DNA of 64,000 bases, from the NCBI GenBank assembly GCA_900317125.1, contig ONFR01000020.1, positions 345 through 64,344 of the forward strand, in the 5' to 3' direction. Both the position numbers and the translations under genes were made by a program. The DNA is from an uncultured Bacteroidales bacterium (GTDB lineage Bacteria > Bacteroidota > Bacteroidia > Bacteroidales > P3). The notes beneath the pieces were generated by a model. It saw only the letters and a list, made by a program, of their open reading frames with translations. It was not told the DNA's origin and ran no database searches. Shown piece after piece: positions 19,350-28,510 of this stretch (positions are counted from its first letter, which is position 1; every line of letters begins with the position of its first letter).

Positions 19350-20183
19350 ATGACTATCTCGGTTGTCACTATCAACTGGAACAATCATGCAGGCCTGCAA
19401 CGAACGCTGGCCAGCATCGCATCGCAGACCTACAACGACTTCGAATACATCGTTGTCGACGGTGCCAGCACCGACGGCAGTGTGGAAACCATCATGCAGT
19501 ATGACGGTGACGCTCGCTTGACATGGATATCGGAACGCGACAACGGTATCTACAATGCGATGAACAAGGGAATCCGCATGGCCAAGGGTGAATATGTGGT
19601 GATGATTAATTCGGGCGACTGGCTGATGTCATCCGATGTGCTTGAGCGCATGGCCGAAGAGATTGAACGCAACGGCCATCCTGCCATCCTCTACGGCACC
19701 ACTACAAACGTGTGGCCAGACGGTAGGAAGATGAGAAATCCCCCTCAAGAGCTGCGCTACACCATGTTCAGCTTCTACCGTGGCACACTGGACCATGTAG
19801 GCACGCTCATACAGCGAAAACTCTTTGATGAGTACGGCTATTATGACGAGTCGAAGCGTATAGTTTCCGATTGGTCATGGTTTTTGAAGGTTGTTGCATT
19901 AGAGGGTATACAGCCTGTACATGTGGACATTGACACAATCTATTTCGATATGACGGGTATCAGCGAAAGTGAGGGGAAAAACCGGGCCACTATCCTCAAG
20001 GAGCGTCGCAGTGTGCTCAAAGCCTCTCTTCCACCTCTTGTATTGGCTGACTACGACCGCTATGTCGACGATATTGTCATGATGCGCCGTCTCCACCGGC
20101 ACCCCTGGGCATTCAGCATTGTACGATTCCTGGAACGAATTTTATTTAAGTTTGAGAAATGGAGCCTCCGAAATTCTCGGTAG
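19350..20183 (+). CDS. Glycosyltransferase family 2
   Basis: 'ISVVTINWNNHAGLQRTLASIASQTYNDFEYIVVDGASTDGS' and 'NSGDW'. Confidence 0.8.
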   Translation: MTISVVTINWNNHAGLQRTLASIASQTYNDFEYIVVDGASTDGSVETIMQYDGDARLTWISERDNGIYNAMNKGIRMAKGEYVVMINSGDWLMSSDVLERMAEEIERNGHPAILYGTTTNVWPDGRKMRNPPQELRYTMFSFYRGTLDHVGTLIQRKLFDEYGYYDESKRIVSDWSWFLKVVALEGIQPVHVDIDTIYFDMTGISESEGKNRATILKERRSVLKASLPPLVLADYDRYVDDIVMMRRLHRHPWAFSIVRFLERILFKFEKWSLRNSR

Positions 20184-21154
20184 TGATGCCGCTCTACAAT
20201 AAAGAGCAGTATGTTGAACGCGCCATCGCCAGTGTGTTTAACCAACAATGCACTGACGGGGAGGCTGTACTCCGGTATGAACTTATCGTGGTGGATGACG
20301 GAAGTTCGGACCGTTCTGCTTCGGTAGCGGCAAAATGCATTGACGGGCATTCCAACTGCAAACTTGTGCAGCAGCGCAACAGTGGTGTGGGTGCCGCCCG
20401 CAATAGAGGGGTAGCAGAGTCCACTGGAGAATATGTCTGTTTCCTTGATGCCGACGACTGGTGGGAACCCGGCTTTCTTCAACAGATTAACCGCCTTATC
20501 CATGCATGCCCTAACGCTGGGATATACTGCACAGGATACTATCTTGTGAAGAACGGCAAACAGTCCATAGCCCCCATTGGTGTGGAGAAAGATTTCGAGT
20601 CAGGATACATTGATTACTGCCGCACTTATTGCCGCACCCTCTGTATGCCTGTAACCAGCAGCTCCACGGCGGTACGGCGCGATTGTTTCGATGCCGTGGG
20701 TGGATTTAACGAGAATCTGTCGTTTGGGGAAGATTTCCATCTGTGGATTCGGCTTGCCTTGAAATATCCAGTGGCGTTGGTGAATAGGCCATTGGCAAAT
20801 TATTTTCAGGACCTTCCCCCCAAGAGACGGGCCACAAGGCGGCTTCATGATCCCGAACGCCACATGCTGTGGAATCTCGGTTCCATGGAAGCTGCAGAAC
20901 GGGAGAACAAGGAGGTGAAAAGGCTCTTCGACTTGCTGCGTAGCGGCGGGTTGTACCGCTACTATCTTTCGCGTCGATACCATGATGCCACGCTGCCGGA
21001 GCTGGCCAAGATAGACTGGTCCACCCTCTCGGCCAAGGCAAAAAAGAAATACACGATACCTCTGTGGATGGCTCGAACCCGCTTTACCTTCGGCGAATGG
21101 GGCGTGGCGTGCAAACGGCATATCCTCGCGGCTTTGTCGCGGGGCAGAAAATAA
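20159..21154 (+). CDS. Glycosyltransferase family 2
   Basis: 'FSVVMPLYNKEQYVERAIASVFNQ', 'LIVVDDGSSDRS' and 'FLDADDWW'. Confidence 0.8.
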   Translation: MEPPKFSVVMPLYNKEQYVERAIASVFNQQCTDGEAVLRYELIVVDDGSSDRSASVAAKCIDGHSNCKLVQQRNSGVGAARNRGVAESTGEYVCFLDADDWWEPGFLQQINRLIHACPNAGIYCTGYYLVKNGKQSIAPIGVEKDFESGYIDYCRTYCRTLCMPVTSSSTAVRRDCFDAVGGFNENLSFGEDFHLWIRLALKYPVALVNRPLANYFQDLPPKRRATRRLHDPERHMLWNLGSMEAAERENKEVKRLFDLLRSGGLYRYYLSRRYHDATLPELAKIDWSTLSAKAKKKYTIPLWMARTRFTFGEWGVACKRHILAALSRGRK

Positions 21155-21204
21155 AAAGCAATTCATTATCACTCCGTAAGGGAGATTATTAAACTGTATA
21201 GACT

Positions 21205-22602
21205 TTGGTACCTTTCTTCCCAAAACAATTATCCACTAAGGCCATTACGCTTTATCTCGTGTCGCTGGCCATAGTGAGCATTATCTTTGTACGCCTGATG
21301 ATGAAGTTTGATTTCATCATCATCGGCATCATGTGGGTGTTGGTCTTTTTCCTGCTCTCGGCGAGGTTCACACGCAAGTGGGTGGATTTAGATGAGAAGC
21401 ATTATTGCCGTAAGGTGTTCTGGACCGCGCTGTGGCTGCGACTGGCATGGGTGGTGTTCTCGTTCTTCTTCTTCACCTTCAAGACGGGTGTACCCTTTGA
21501 ATTCGGGTCGAGCGATGCGTTGGGTTATCACAACGAGGCGCTCTGGTTCCAGGAAATAGGATGGAAGGCGGCACGCGACTACCTGTCACGACGCTCGCTT
21601 GCCGATGCCGGCTATGTCACCTATCTGGGATTGCTCTATTCTGTAACGGGTGGCAGTATTATTGTGACGCGTATCATCAAGGCGTTGCTAAGCAGCTGGA
21701 TGTGCCTGCTCATTTACAAGCTTGCCAAGCGCAACATGGGCGAAGAGGTGGGCAGGATGGCCGGTATTTTCTGCTGCCTGATGCCCAATCTGATTATGTA
21801 CTGTGGTTTGCACCTCAAGGAGACAGAAATGATTTTCCTCTGCGTGGCCACCCTAGAGCGGGCCGACAGTCTGCTACGCAGCAGTAAGTTTAATTTCTGG
21901 AAACTGCTTGTCACGGTGTTGTTGGCGGTGAGCTTGTTCTTCTTCCGCACGGTCTTGGGCGCCACTACGATATTTGCCATCTTGACGGGGCTGGTGTTCT
22001 CGTCGAGTGCTGTGATGAGCAGATGGAATAAGGTGGTGCTGATCTCGTGGGCAATAATAGGGCTGGGGGTGATGGCTGGCGGCAGCATTGCATCGGAGGC
22101 ATTGAGTGTTTGGGAGGGGCGCAACGAGAACCAGGCGGCCAAGCGCGACTACCAAGTGTACAAGGGCATTAAATGGGCCAAATACGCAACGGGGTCGGTG
22201 ATGGCTCCCATCATGTTCGTCATGCCGTTCCCCACGATGGTAGACGTAGACCAGCAGTACAACCAGCAGCTGATGAACGGAGGAAACTATGTCCGAAACT
22301 TTTTGGGTATCTTTGTGTTGATAGCGTTGTTCAGTTCGATTTTCGTGCTCAAGAACTGGCGCGACCTGTCGATGCTTTGGGCCTTCCCAGTATCGTACCT
22401 TGGGGTTGTGTGTATGAGCGGCTTTTCCAATTCGGAGCGTTTCCTGCTACCGGGTCTTCCGTTCCTGCTCATGCTGTCGGCATATGGTGTGAGTCTGATG
22501 AATGCCCGTAATTTCAGATGGGTGAAGGTGTGGTATTGGGTGGTTCCAGTGATGGTGATAGGTTGGGCTGTGTTTAAACTGGGTTCGAGAGGACTGTTGT
22601 GA
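21205..22602 (+). CDS. Polytopic membrane protein, either a GT-C-like glycosyltransferase or an O-antigen-polymerase-like protein
   Basis: About 11-12 hydrophobic segments, with 'GSSDALGYHNEALWF' in the first loop. The TTG start at 21205 is uncertain; the first ATG is at 21298, but hydrophobic sequence precedes it. Confidence 0.55.
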   Translation: MVPFFPKQLSTKAITLYLVSLAIVSIIFVRLMMKFDFIIIGIMWVLVFFLLSARFTRKWVDLDEKHYCRKVFWTALWLRLAWVVFSFFFFTFKTGVPFEFGSSDALGYHNEALWFQEIGWKAARDYLSRRSLADAGYVTYLGLLYSVTGGSIIVTRIIKALLSSWMCLLIYKLAKRNMGEEVGRMAGIFCCLMPNLIMYCGLHLKETEMIFLCVATLERADSLLRSSKFNFWKLLVTVLLAVSLFFFRTVLGATTIFAILTGLVFSSSAVMSRWNKVVLISWAIIGLGVMAGGSIASEALSVWEGRNENQAAKRDYQVYKGIKWAKYATGSVMAPIMFVMPFPTMVDVDQQYNQQLMNGGNYVRNFLGIFVLIALFSSIFVLKNWRDLSMLWAFPVSYLGVVCMSGFSNSERFLLPGLPFLLMLSAYGVSLMNARNFRWVKVWYWVVPVMVIGWAVFKLGSRGLL

Positions 22603-22733
22603 GAATTGAGAATTGAGAATTGAGAAAGTGGCTCCACGTATCACACGAATTACACGTATAAAATAATACTTGTGATACGCGAGATACGTGGAGATAATTG
22701 AGAGTTGAAGATTGAGAATTGAGAATTGAGATT
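22601..22733. repeat. Repeat element R1, copy A. (GAGAATT)n heptamer arrays flank a ~62-nt imperfect hairpin.
   Basis: Its core, 'GAGAATTGAGAAAGTGGCTCCACGTATCACACGAATTACACGTATAAAA..ATACTTGTGATACGCGAGATACGTGGAGA', is near-identical to 28410-28485. Outer 11-bp stem CTCCACGTATC/GATACGTGGAG at 22632-22693. Confidence 0.85.
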
Positions 22734-22742
22734 TAATCATTC

Positions 22743-23825
22743 ATGAAAATAGCTTTTTATTTCGGGAGCCTGAACCGCGGGGGCTCAGAGACATTGGTGT
22801 GCGATGTGCTGCGGCACTGGCGCGACCTCCCCTTTGAGGCCGTTTGCATTTATCGTAACGAGGGCAACATGTCCGACGATTTCCACGCCACAGGTGCCCC
22901 CATGGTACACATCCCCAGGAGAGGCAACTGGCTGACATATCTGTTGGATATGTGCAAGGTGCTGCGTAACGAGGGGGTGGACATCCTCCATGCACAAACG
23001 TCGCTGAACGCCATGACTGCCGTTCTCTGCTCCTGGCTAACGGGGGTGAAGGCGGTCACTACGTTTCACGGGTTCGGATTCGAGAAGGCTCCACGATGGA
23101 AGAAACGGATGGTTGGCGGCGGCAACAAAAAACTGCTGTTTGTAAGCGAATATATGCGCAACCGCTATCTAAAAGCAGGAGTGGGCACACAGGAGGACAA
23201 ATGCGCAGTGGTCTACAACGGTATAGACATGTCGAAGTTCGGACCCGTGCGAGCTCCCAAGCCAGCCGGAGAGAGGGTGGAGATGTGTATGGTGGGCAGT
23301 TTCGGACTGGTGCGCGACCAATACTTCGTCTGCCGATTCCTGAAACGTGTCCACGAAGCAGGGATTCCATTCCATTTCACCTTCATAGGTGGTGCACGCA
23401 AGGGAGAGGAAAAGGCGTTGGAGGCATGTCGGACTTTTTGCCACGACAACGGACTGGACGACTGCGTCACCTTCGCCGGGGTACGGCACGATGTGCCGGA
23501 GTTGCTGAAAGAGATGGATCTTTTCGTTTACGCCTCGCGATGCGACACCTTTGGCATAGCAGTGGCGGAAGCCGTGGCGACAGGGATGCCGGTGATGGTG
23601 AACGACTGGGATGTGATGCGCGAAGTGACCGCAGAAGGCAAGTGGGCATGGCTCTACCCGTCGGGCAATGTGGACGCACTCTTCGACCTATACACACAGT
23701 TTATCCAACACCCCGACACGTTTGTCGACAAGGCCATAGAGCATGCACACGCTGTAAGGGAAGCCTACAGCATTGAGAAACATGTCGAAACACTCAACAG
23801 TATTTATCGGTCCATTCTGAAGTGA
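22743..23825 (+). CDS. Glycosyltransferase family 4 (GT-B)
   Basis: 'MKIAFYFGSLNRGGSETLV' and 'FGIAVAEAVATGMPVMVND' (E-x7-E region). Confidence 0.8.
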   Translation: MKIAFYFGSLNRGGSETLVCDVLRHWRDLPFEAVCIYRNEGNMSDDFHATGAPMVHIPRRGNWLTYLLDMCKVLRNEGVDILHAQTSLNAMTAVLCSWLTGVKAVTTFHGFGFEKAPRWKKRMVGGGNKKLLFVSEYMRNRYLKAGVGTQEDKCAVVYNGIDMSKFGPVRAPKPAGERVEMCMVGSFGLVRDQYFVCRFLKRVHEAGIPFHFTFIGGARKGEEKALEACRTFCHDNGLDDCVTFAGVRHDVPELLKEMDLFVYASRCDTFGIAVAEAVATGMPVMVNDWDVMREVTAEGKWAWLYPSGNVDALFDLYTQFIQHPDTFVDKAIEHAHAVREAYSIEKHVETLNSIYRSILK

Positions 23826-23897
23826 GCCGACGCTGCATGCAGGCTGCAAAAAACAACACAGCCCATACAACACTTATTCCAACTCCAATGAAAAACA

Positions 23898-24887
23898 ATG
23901 AAGAATATGAACAATACACTGAAAACCGTAGGACTGCCCATCTCGCACAAAGAGAATGAGAAGAGAAGAGCGTTGGTGCCTGCCCACATAGCCCGGATGG
24001 CACATCCCGGCCAGATTTTCATCGAGAAGGGATACGGTGATGTGCTCGGATTCTCCGACGAGGAGTATACAAAACTGGGAGTGCATGCTGTATCACGTGA
24101 GGAGACTCTGGACAAGGATATCGTTGCCGACCCCAAGATAGGCGATGCCGAATATCTGGACTCGCTTCATGACCAGACAGTCTTCGGCTGGCTGCATGCG
24201 GTTCAGAACCGGGACATCACAGACAAAATCATACAAGGCCACCTCTCAGCCTATGCGTGGGAAGACATGTATGAATACGGCCGCCATTGTTTCTGGCGCA
24301 ACAACGAGATTGCTGGCGAGGCTGCCGTAATCCATGCCTATATGTGCCATGGGGTGTTTCCTTACAACACCAAAGCGGCAGTGCTTGGACGAGGCAACAT
24401 CGCCCGTGGCGCCGTTAAGACCCTTAACTATATGGGGGCCGAGGTGGTGCAGTACGACCGCAAGACGGAGGGTCTGTTCCGCAAAGAGCTTGGCGACTAC
24501 GACGTGATAGTGAACGCCATCCTTTGGGACACGTCGCGCAAGGACCATATCCTCTACCGCGATGACCTCAAGCGGATGCGGAAGGGGGCTATGATTATCG
24601 ATGTGTCGTGCGACAGGAATGGCGGCATAGAAACCAGTGTTCCTACCACTATCGACAACCCCATCTACGTGACAGAAGGCGTGACGCACTATGTGGTTGA
24701 CCACACGCCTTCCCTTTTCTGGAAAACAGCCACCGAAACCTTAAGTGAAGTATTTGTCCGATACATCGATTTCCTGATAGAGGATATCCCTCTGAAAAAC
24801 GACGTGTTGAAAAATTGCCATAGTTTCGAACAGGGCAGGATATTGGATAAGCGCATTGCTGAATACCAGGGCAGGGCTCTCGTATAG
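23898..24887 (+). CDS. AlaDH/PNT-fold dehydrogenase resembling N5-(1-carboxyethyl)ornithine synthase (opine-type synthase)
   Basis: 'AAVLGRGNIARGAVKTL' (NAD(P) loop), 'YDVIVNAILW', 'MIIDVSCDRNGGIETS' and 'DNPIYVTEGVTHYVVDHTPSL'. The order and spacing match my recollection of Lactococcus CEOS. Confidence 0.55.
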   Translation: MKNMNNTLKTVGLPISHKENEKRRALVPAHIARMAHPGQIFIEKGYGDVLGFSDEEYTKLGVHAVSREETLDKDIVADPKIGDAEYLDSLHDQTVFGWLHAVQNRDITDKIIQGHLSAYAWEDMYEYGRHCFWRNNEIAGEAAVIHAYMCHGVFPYNTKAAVLGRGNIARGAVKTLNYMGAEVVQYDRKTEGLFRKELGDYDVIVNAILWDTSRKDHILYRDDLKRMRKGAMIIDVSCDRNGGIETSVPTTIDNPIYVTEGVTHYVVDHTPSLFWKTATETLSEVFVRYIDFLIEDIPLKNDVLKNCHSFEQGRILDKRIAEYQGRALV

Positions 24888-24959
24888 AGAATAACAGTAA
24901 AAGGGGAGCAATGGCCTTTCCTTTTTATGATAGAATAATAATCAAAAAGCATCTTGACA

Positions 24960-25973
24960 ATGAAAATGACCATTACCGGCGGAGCTGGATTCATCGGGTC
25001 CAACCTGTGCGACTATTTCGTGACGGAAGGCATGGAGGTGACCTGTCTCGACAACCTCTCCACTGGATTCAAACATAATATCGAACACCTTTTGTGCCGC
25101 GACAATTTCAGATTTTTAGAAGGTGATATACGCGACCTCGACACCTGCCGCGAAGTGGTGGCCGGAAGCGATGTGGTTCTGCACGAAGCGGCCTTGGGCA
25201 GTGTGCCACGCAGCATCAACGATCCCATCAACACCAACGCCAATAATATCGACGGCTTTCTGAACATGCTCGTTGCATCGCGCGATGCAGGTGTCAAACG
25301 GTTTGTCTATGCCGCCAGCTCCTCAACCTATGGCGACAGTGCAGTGCTCCCCAAGCGTGAACATCTCATAGGCCGCCCGCTCTCACCCTACGCCATCACA
25401 AAGTTCGTAAACGAGTTATATGCCAACGTCTTTTCCTCACTCTATGGGATAGAAACTATCGGGTTGCGTTATTTCAATGTTTTCGGCCGGAGGCAAGACC
25501 CCAATGGAGCCTATGCGGCAGTGATTCCGCTGTGGGTGCGCGCCCTCATTGATCATCGCCAACCTTTTATCAATGGCGACGGTAGTTACTCGCGCGATTT
25601 CACCTATGTCGACAATGTGGTGCAAGCCAACCTTTTGGCAGCAACAATACCCACCGAGCTGTTTCATCAACGTATCGAAGCCTACAACTCCTCGCTGCCC
25701 GAAGGCAGTCCACGCGACACCGTTTTCAATGTAGCATACGGCGGCAACACTACACTCAACCAACTCTTCAACTGCCTGCGCGACAACCTGGCACATTTCG
25801 ACCCCGAGATTGCAAACATCGAAGCGCTGCACCGCGAGAACCGCCCTGGCGACATCCCCCACTCACAAGCCTCTATCGACAAAGCGCGACAGGTGCTCGG
25901 TTACGACCCGAAATTCGATGCGCTGAAAGGGTTTGAACAAGCATGCGAATGGTATTGGAACAATCTAAAGTGA
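24960..25973 (+). CDS. NAD-dependent sugar-nucleotide 4-epimerase (WbpP/TviC-like extended SDR)
   Basis: 'ITGGAGFIGSNLCDYF', 'LDNLSTGFKHNIEHL', 'YAITKFVNELY' and 'GDGSYSRDFTYVDNVVQANL'. Confidence 0.75.
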   Translation: MKMTITGGAGFIGSNLCDYFVTEGMEVTCLDNLSTGFKHNIEHLLCRDNFRFLEGDIRDLDTCREVVAGSDVVLHEAALGSVPRSINDPINTNANNIDGFLNMLVASRDAGVKRFVYAASSSTYGDSAVLPKREHLIGRPLSPYAITKFVNELYANVFSSLYGIETIGLRYFNVFGRRQDPNGAYAAVIPLWVRALIDHRQPFINGDGSYSRDFTYVDNVVQANLLAATIPTELFHQRIEAYNSSLPEGSPRDTVFNVAYGGNTTLNQLFNCLRDNLAHFDPEIANIEALHRENRPGDIPHSQASIDKARQVLGYDPKFDALKGFEQACEWYWNNLK

Positions 25974-26047
25974 ATGCGTGAATGTGTTAATGTGTTAACG
26001 TGTTAGTCCTTGGCGCATCAAAAGACTAACGAATTAACGAATTAACT
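25974..26047. repeat. Repeat element R2a, an 8-bp-periodic palindromic array (GTGAATGY/GTTAAYGT units)
   Basis: GTGAATGC GTGAATGT GTTAATGT GTTAACGT GTTAGTC, a loop, then GACTAACG AATTAACG AATTAAC. The arms pair as a hairpin. 25977-26006 is an inverted copy of 28597-28626. Confidence 0.8.
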
Positions 26048-26068
26048 ATCCCCAACTATCGGAAGTAC

Positions 26069-26998
26069 ATGAAAGTAATCTTTGTGGCAAGCGGCAACAA
26101 GCATGTAGGCACCGTTAGCGCCTTTGTCAAATCGCAATACCTTTCGCTTGAGCGGGAGGGGTTGGAGATGATGCTCTTCCCGGTGCGAGGGAAAGGATGG
26201 AAAGCCTATGCCAAAGCCACCTGGCAGCTGCAGCGACTTATACGTAAGGAACGCCCGGCTATTGTACATGCACACTACTCCATGTGCGGTCTTGTTGCCT
26301 CTGCCGGCACGCTTTTTTCAAGTACCAAGGTGGTGGTGTCGATACTGGGGAGTTTCCCTCGCCAAACGTTCAAACGGCGCTGGGTAAGATTCTTCATACG
26401 CCATGTCTGGGACGCCACCATCGTCAAATCACAACGCACCTCCAACCAACTGGGCATACCGCTTCCCGTCATTCCCAACGGAGTAAATCTTGAACAATTC
26501 ACCCTCATCGAACAACAACAAGCCCGCGAAATCTGCGGCTTCGACAATGACCACAAATACATCATTTGGTGCTCCCACCCCACCCGCACCGAGAAACACT
26601 TCAACTGGGCCAAGGAGGCTGTGCAGCGGCTGGACGACGACAAGGCCGTGCTGTATCCCGTTTACGACAAGAGCCACGACGAGGTGGTCAAGTATATGTG
26701 CGCTGCAGACTTGCTCCTCCTCACCTCAGTGATGGAAGGTTCGCCCAATGTAATCAAGGAGGCCATGGCTTGCAACTGTCCCATCGTCAGCACAGACGTG
26801 GGCGATGTGCAATGGATTACCGAAGGGGTCGACGGCACATACGTGGTACCCATTGGCGACATTCCGGCGTTGACCGAGGGCATTCGGAAGGCCCTTGCCT
26901 GGGGAAAACGGACCAATGGCCGCGACAGAATCCTGCAATATGGACTTACAACCACTGAAATTGCAAAGAAAATCATCTCAGTCTATGACTCCCTATAA
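26069..26998 (+). CDS. Glycosyltransferase family 4 (GT-B)
   Basis: 'MKVIFVASGNK' and 'LLLLTSVMEGSPNVIKEAMACNCPIVSTDVGD'. Confidence 0.75.
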   Translation: MKVIFVASGNKHVGTVSAFVKSQYLSLEREGLEMMLFPVRGKGWKAYAKATWQLQRLIRKERPAIVHAHYSMCGLVASAGTLFSSTKVVVSILGSFPRQTFKRRWVRFFIRHVWDATIVKSQRTSNQLGIPLPVIPNGVNLEQFTLIEQQQAREICGFDNDHKYIIWCSHPTRTEKHFNWAKEAVQRLDDDKAVLYPVYDKSHDEVVKYMCAADLLLLTSVMEGSPNVIKEAMACNCPIVSTDVGDVQWITEGVDGTYVVPIGDIPALTEGIRKALAWGKRTNGRDRILQYGLTTTEIAKKIISVYDSL

Positions 26999-28394
26999 TA
27001 TCATCGACCGCTACCTCTTCCTCCCCCTGGGAGATGTGGTATATGGTAGCCGTGTGGCTGCCAGCCTGAAAGAGCTGCAACACTCCGCTACGTTCTCTGC
27101 AGAGGAGTTGCGGAGGCTTCAGGACAGCAAGCTGCAAAAGCTGGTGAAGCACAGCTACGACACCGTTCCCTACTACCACCGCCTATTCGACCGACTCAAA
27201 CTGAAACCTGAAGATATACATAGCCGTGACGACCTCCGCCTGTTGCCTGTCCTAACAAAACAGACTATCCGCGACAACTATGCCGACCTATTCAGTACAG
27301 CCGTCAGTCCCAAACGATGGCGCAAATCGTCAACAGGCGGCAGCACCGGAACGCCTCTCCAATTCTGCACCGACAACGTTGAATGGAGCAGCTGGAAAGC
27401 CTCCACCTTACGTGCGTGGGAGTGGTACGGACTGCACCTGGGCGACAAAATATTCTCGCTGGGCGGCAGTTCCATCAACAAACGCAAAGCCGTCACGTCG
27501 TTCAAAGGCCTTTACGACCTGGTAATCATGCGTAACCACAAATACAGCAGTTCCGATGTCACCGATGAATGCATGCAGCGCAACTACCAAGCCTTGATGA
27601 AACTGCGTCCTACGGCGATACGGGGTTACGGCTCCTCGCTCTACATATTGGCACGCTACATTCAAACCCACAACCTCCCCCTTTGTCCCATCAAGGCTGT
27701 GCTGACTACGGGCGAAGTGCTCATGGCCGAATACCGACGCACGCTTGAGGAGGTATTTAAGGCTCCCGTATACGATGCCTACGGTGCCAGCGATGGCGGC
27801 ATTCTCTCGCACGAATGTCCAAGTCACTCCGGTCTCCACATCACCGAAGAGTCGTGCATCATCGAAATCACCGATCTCCAGGGCAACCCCCTCGCCGACG
27901 GCATTGTTGGCCATGTATGTACCACCGATCTCGACAACTTCGTCTTCCCCTTCCTGCGCTACCATGTGGGCGACATGGCATACCTCAAAACCGAACCCTG
28001 CGCCTGCGGCCGACCTTCACGTCTTATTGGCGAAGTGATGGGCCGCGCTGGCAAACTGATGTACAATAAACAAGGGGTTCCCATCTCTCCCACCATCCTC
28101 CCTATGATGTTCTACCCCAACCTCGACTACCACAACAGGGAATACCAAAAAAGATACTACAAAATCGACAGATTCCAAATAAGACAGGACAAACAGGGCG
28201 ATATCTTGATACTCCTTAAACTGAAAGACCCCTCCGAATCTCACGAACAATTCAACTACATCATCGACAATTACCGCAACCACTTCGTCGGCTCCGAGGT
28301 CACCTTGCGTTTTGTCGACGAGATTCCCACCCTACCCTCAGGCAAGGAAGACTACTGCGTTTCCGAATACGAATACAAGAGAATTGAGAATTGA
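26985..28394 (+). CDS. CapK / phenylacetate-CoA ligase (PaaK, F390-synthetase)-like adenylate-forming enzyme
   Basis: 'RKSSTGGSTGTPLQF' (P-loop-like AMP motif), 'IRGYGSSLY', 'YGASDGG' and 'YHVGDMA'. The start is set at 'MTPYNIIDRYLF'. The last codons and the stop lie inside repeat R1b. Confidence 0.7.
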   Translation: MTPYNIIDRYLFLPLGDVVYGSRVAASLKELQHSATFSAEELRRLQDSKLQKLVKHSYDTVPYYHRLFDRLKLKPEDIHSRDDLRLLPVLTKQTIRDNYADLFSTAVSPKRWRKSSTGGSTGTPLQFCTDNVEWSSWKASTLRAWEWYGLHLGDKIFSLGGSSINKRKAVTSFKGLYDLVIMRNHKYSSSDVTDECMQRNYQALMKLRPTAIRGYGSSLYILARYIQTHNLPLCPIKAVLTTGEVLMAEYRRTLEEVFKAPVYDAYGASDGGILSHECPSHSGLHITEESCIIEITDLQGNPLADGIVGHVCTTDLDNFVFPFLRYHVGDMAYLKTEPCACGRPSRLIGEVMGRAGKLMYNKQGVPISPTILPMMFYPNLDYHNREYQKRYYKIDRFQIRQDKQGDILILLKLKDPSESHEQFNYIIDNYRNHFVGSEVTLRFVDEIPTLPSGKEDYCVSEYEYKRIEN

Positions 28395-28510
28395 GAGTTG
28401 AGAGTTGAGAATTGAGAAAGTGGCTCCACGTATCACACGAATTACACGTATAAAAAATACTTGTGATACGCGAGATACGTGGAGAGAATTGAGAATTGAG
28501 AATTGAGAGA
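28378..28510. repeat. Repeat element R1, copy B, in direct orientation relative to copy A
   Basis: Same heptamer arrays and same hairpin (CTCCACGTATC/GATACGTGGAG at 28424-28484). It differs from copy A by a 1-nt indel/substitution in the loop. Confidence 0.85.

Noticed and set aside
22447-22740. 97-aa minus-strand ORF (and 22287-22637) translating 'SQFSILN' repeats
   Set aside because: It is a translation of the heptamer/hairpin repeat element and of the antisense strand of the membrane protein gene, so it is not a plausible protein.
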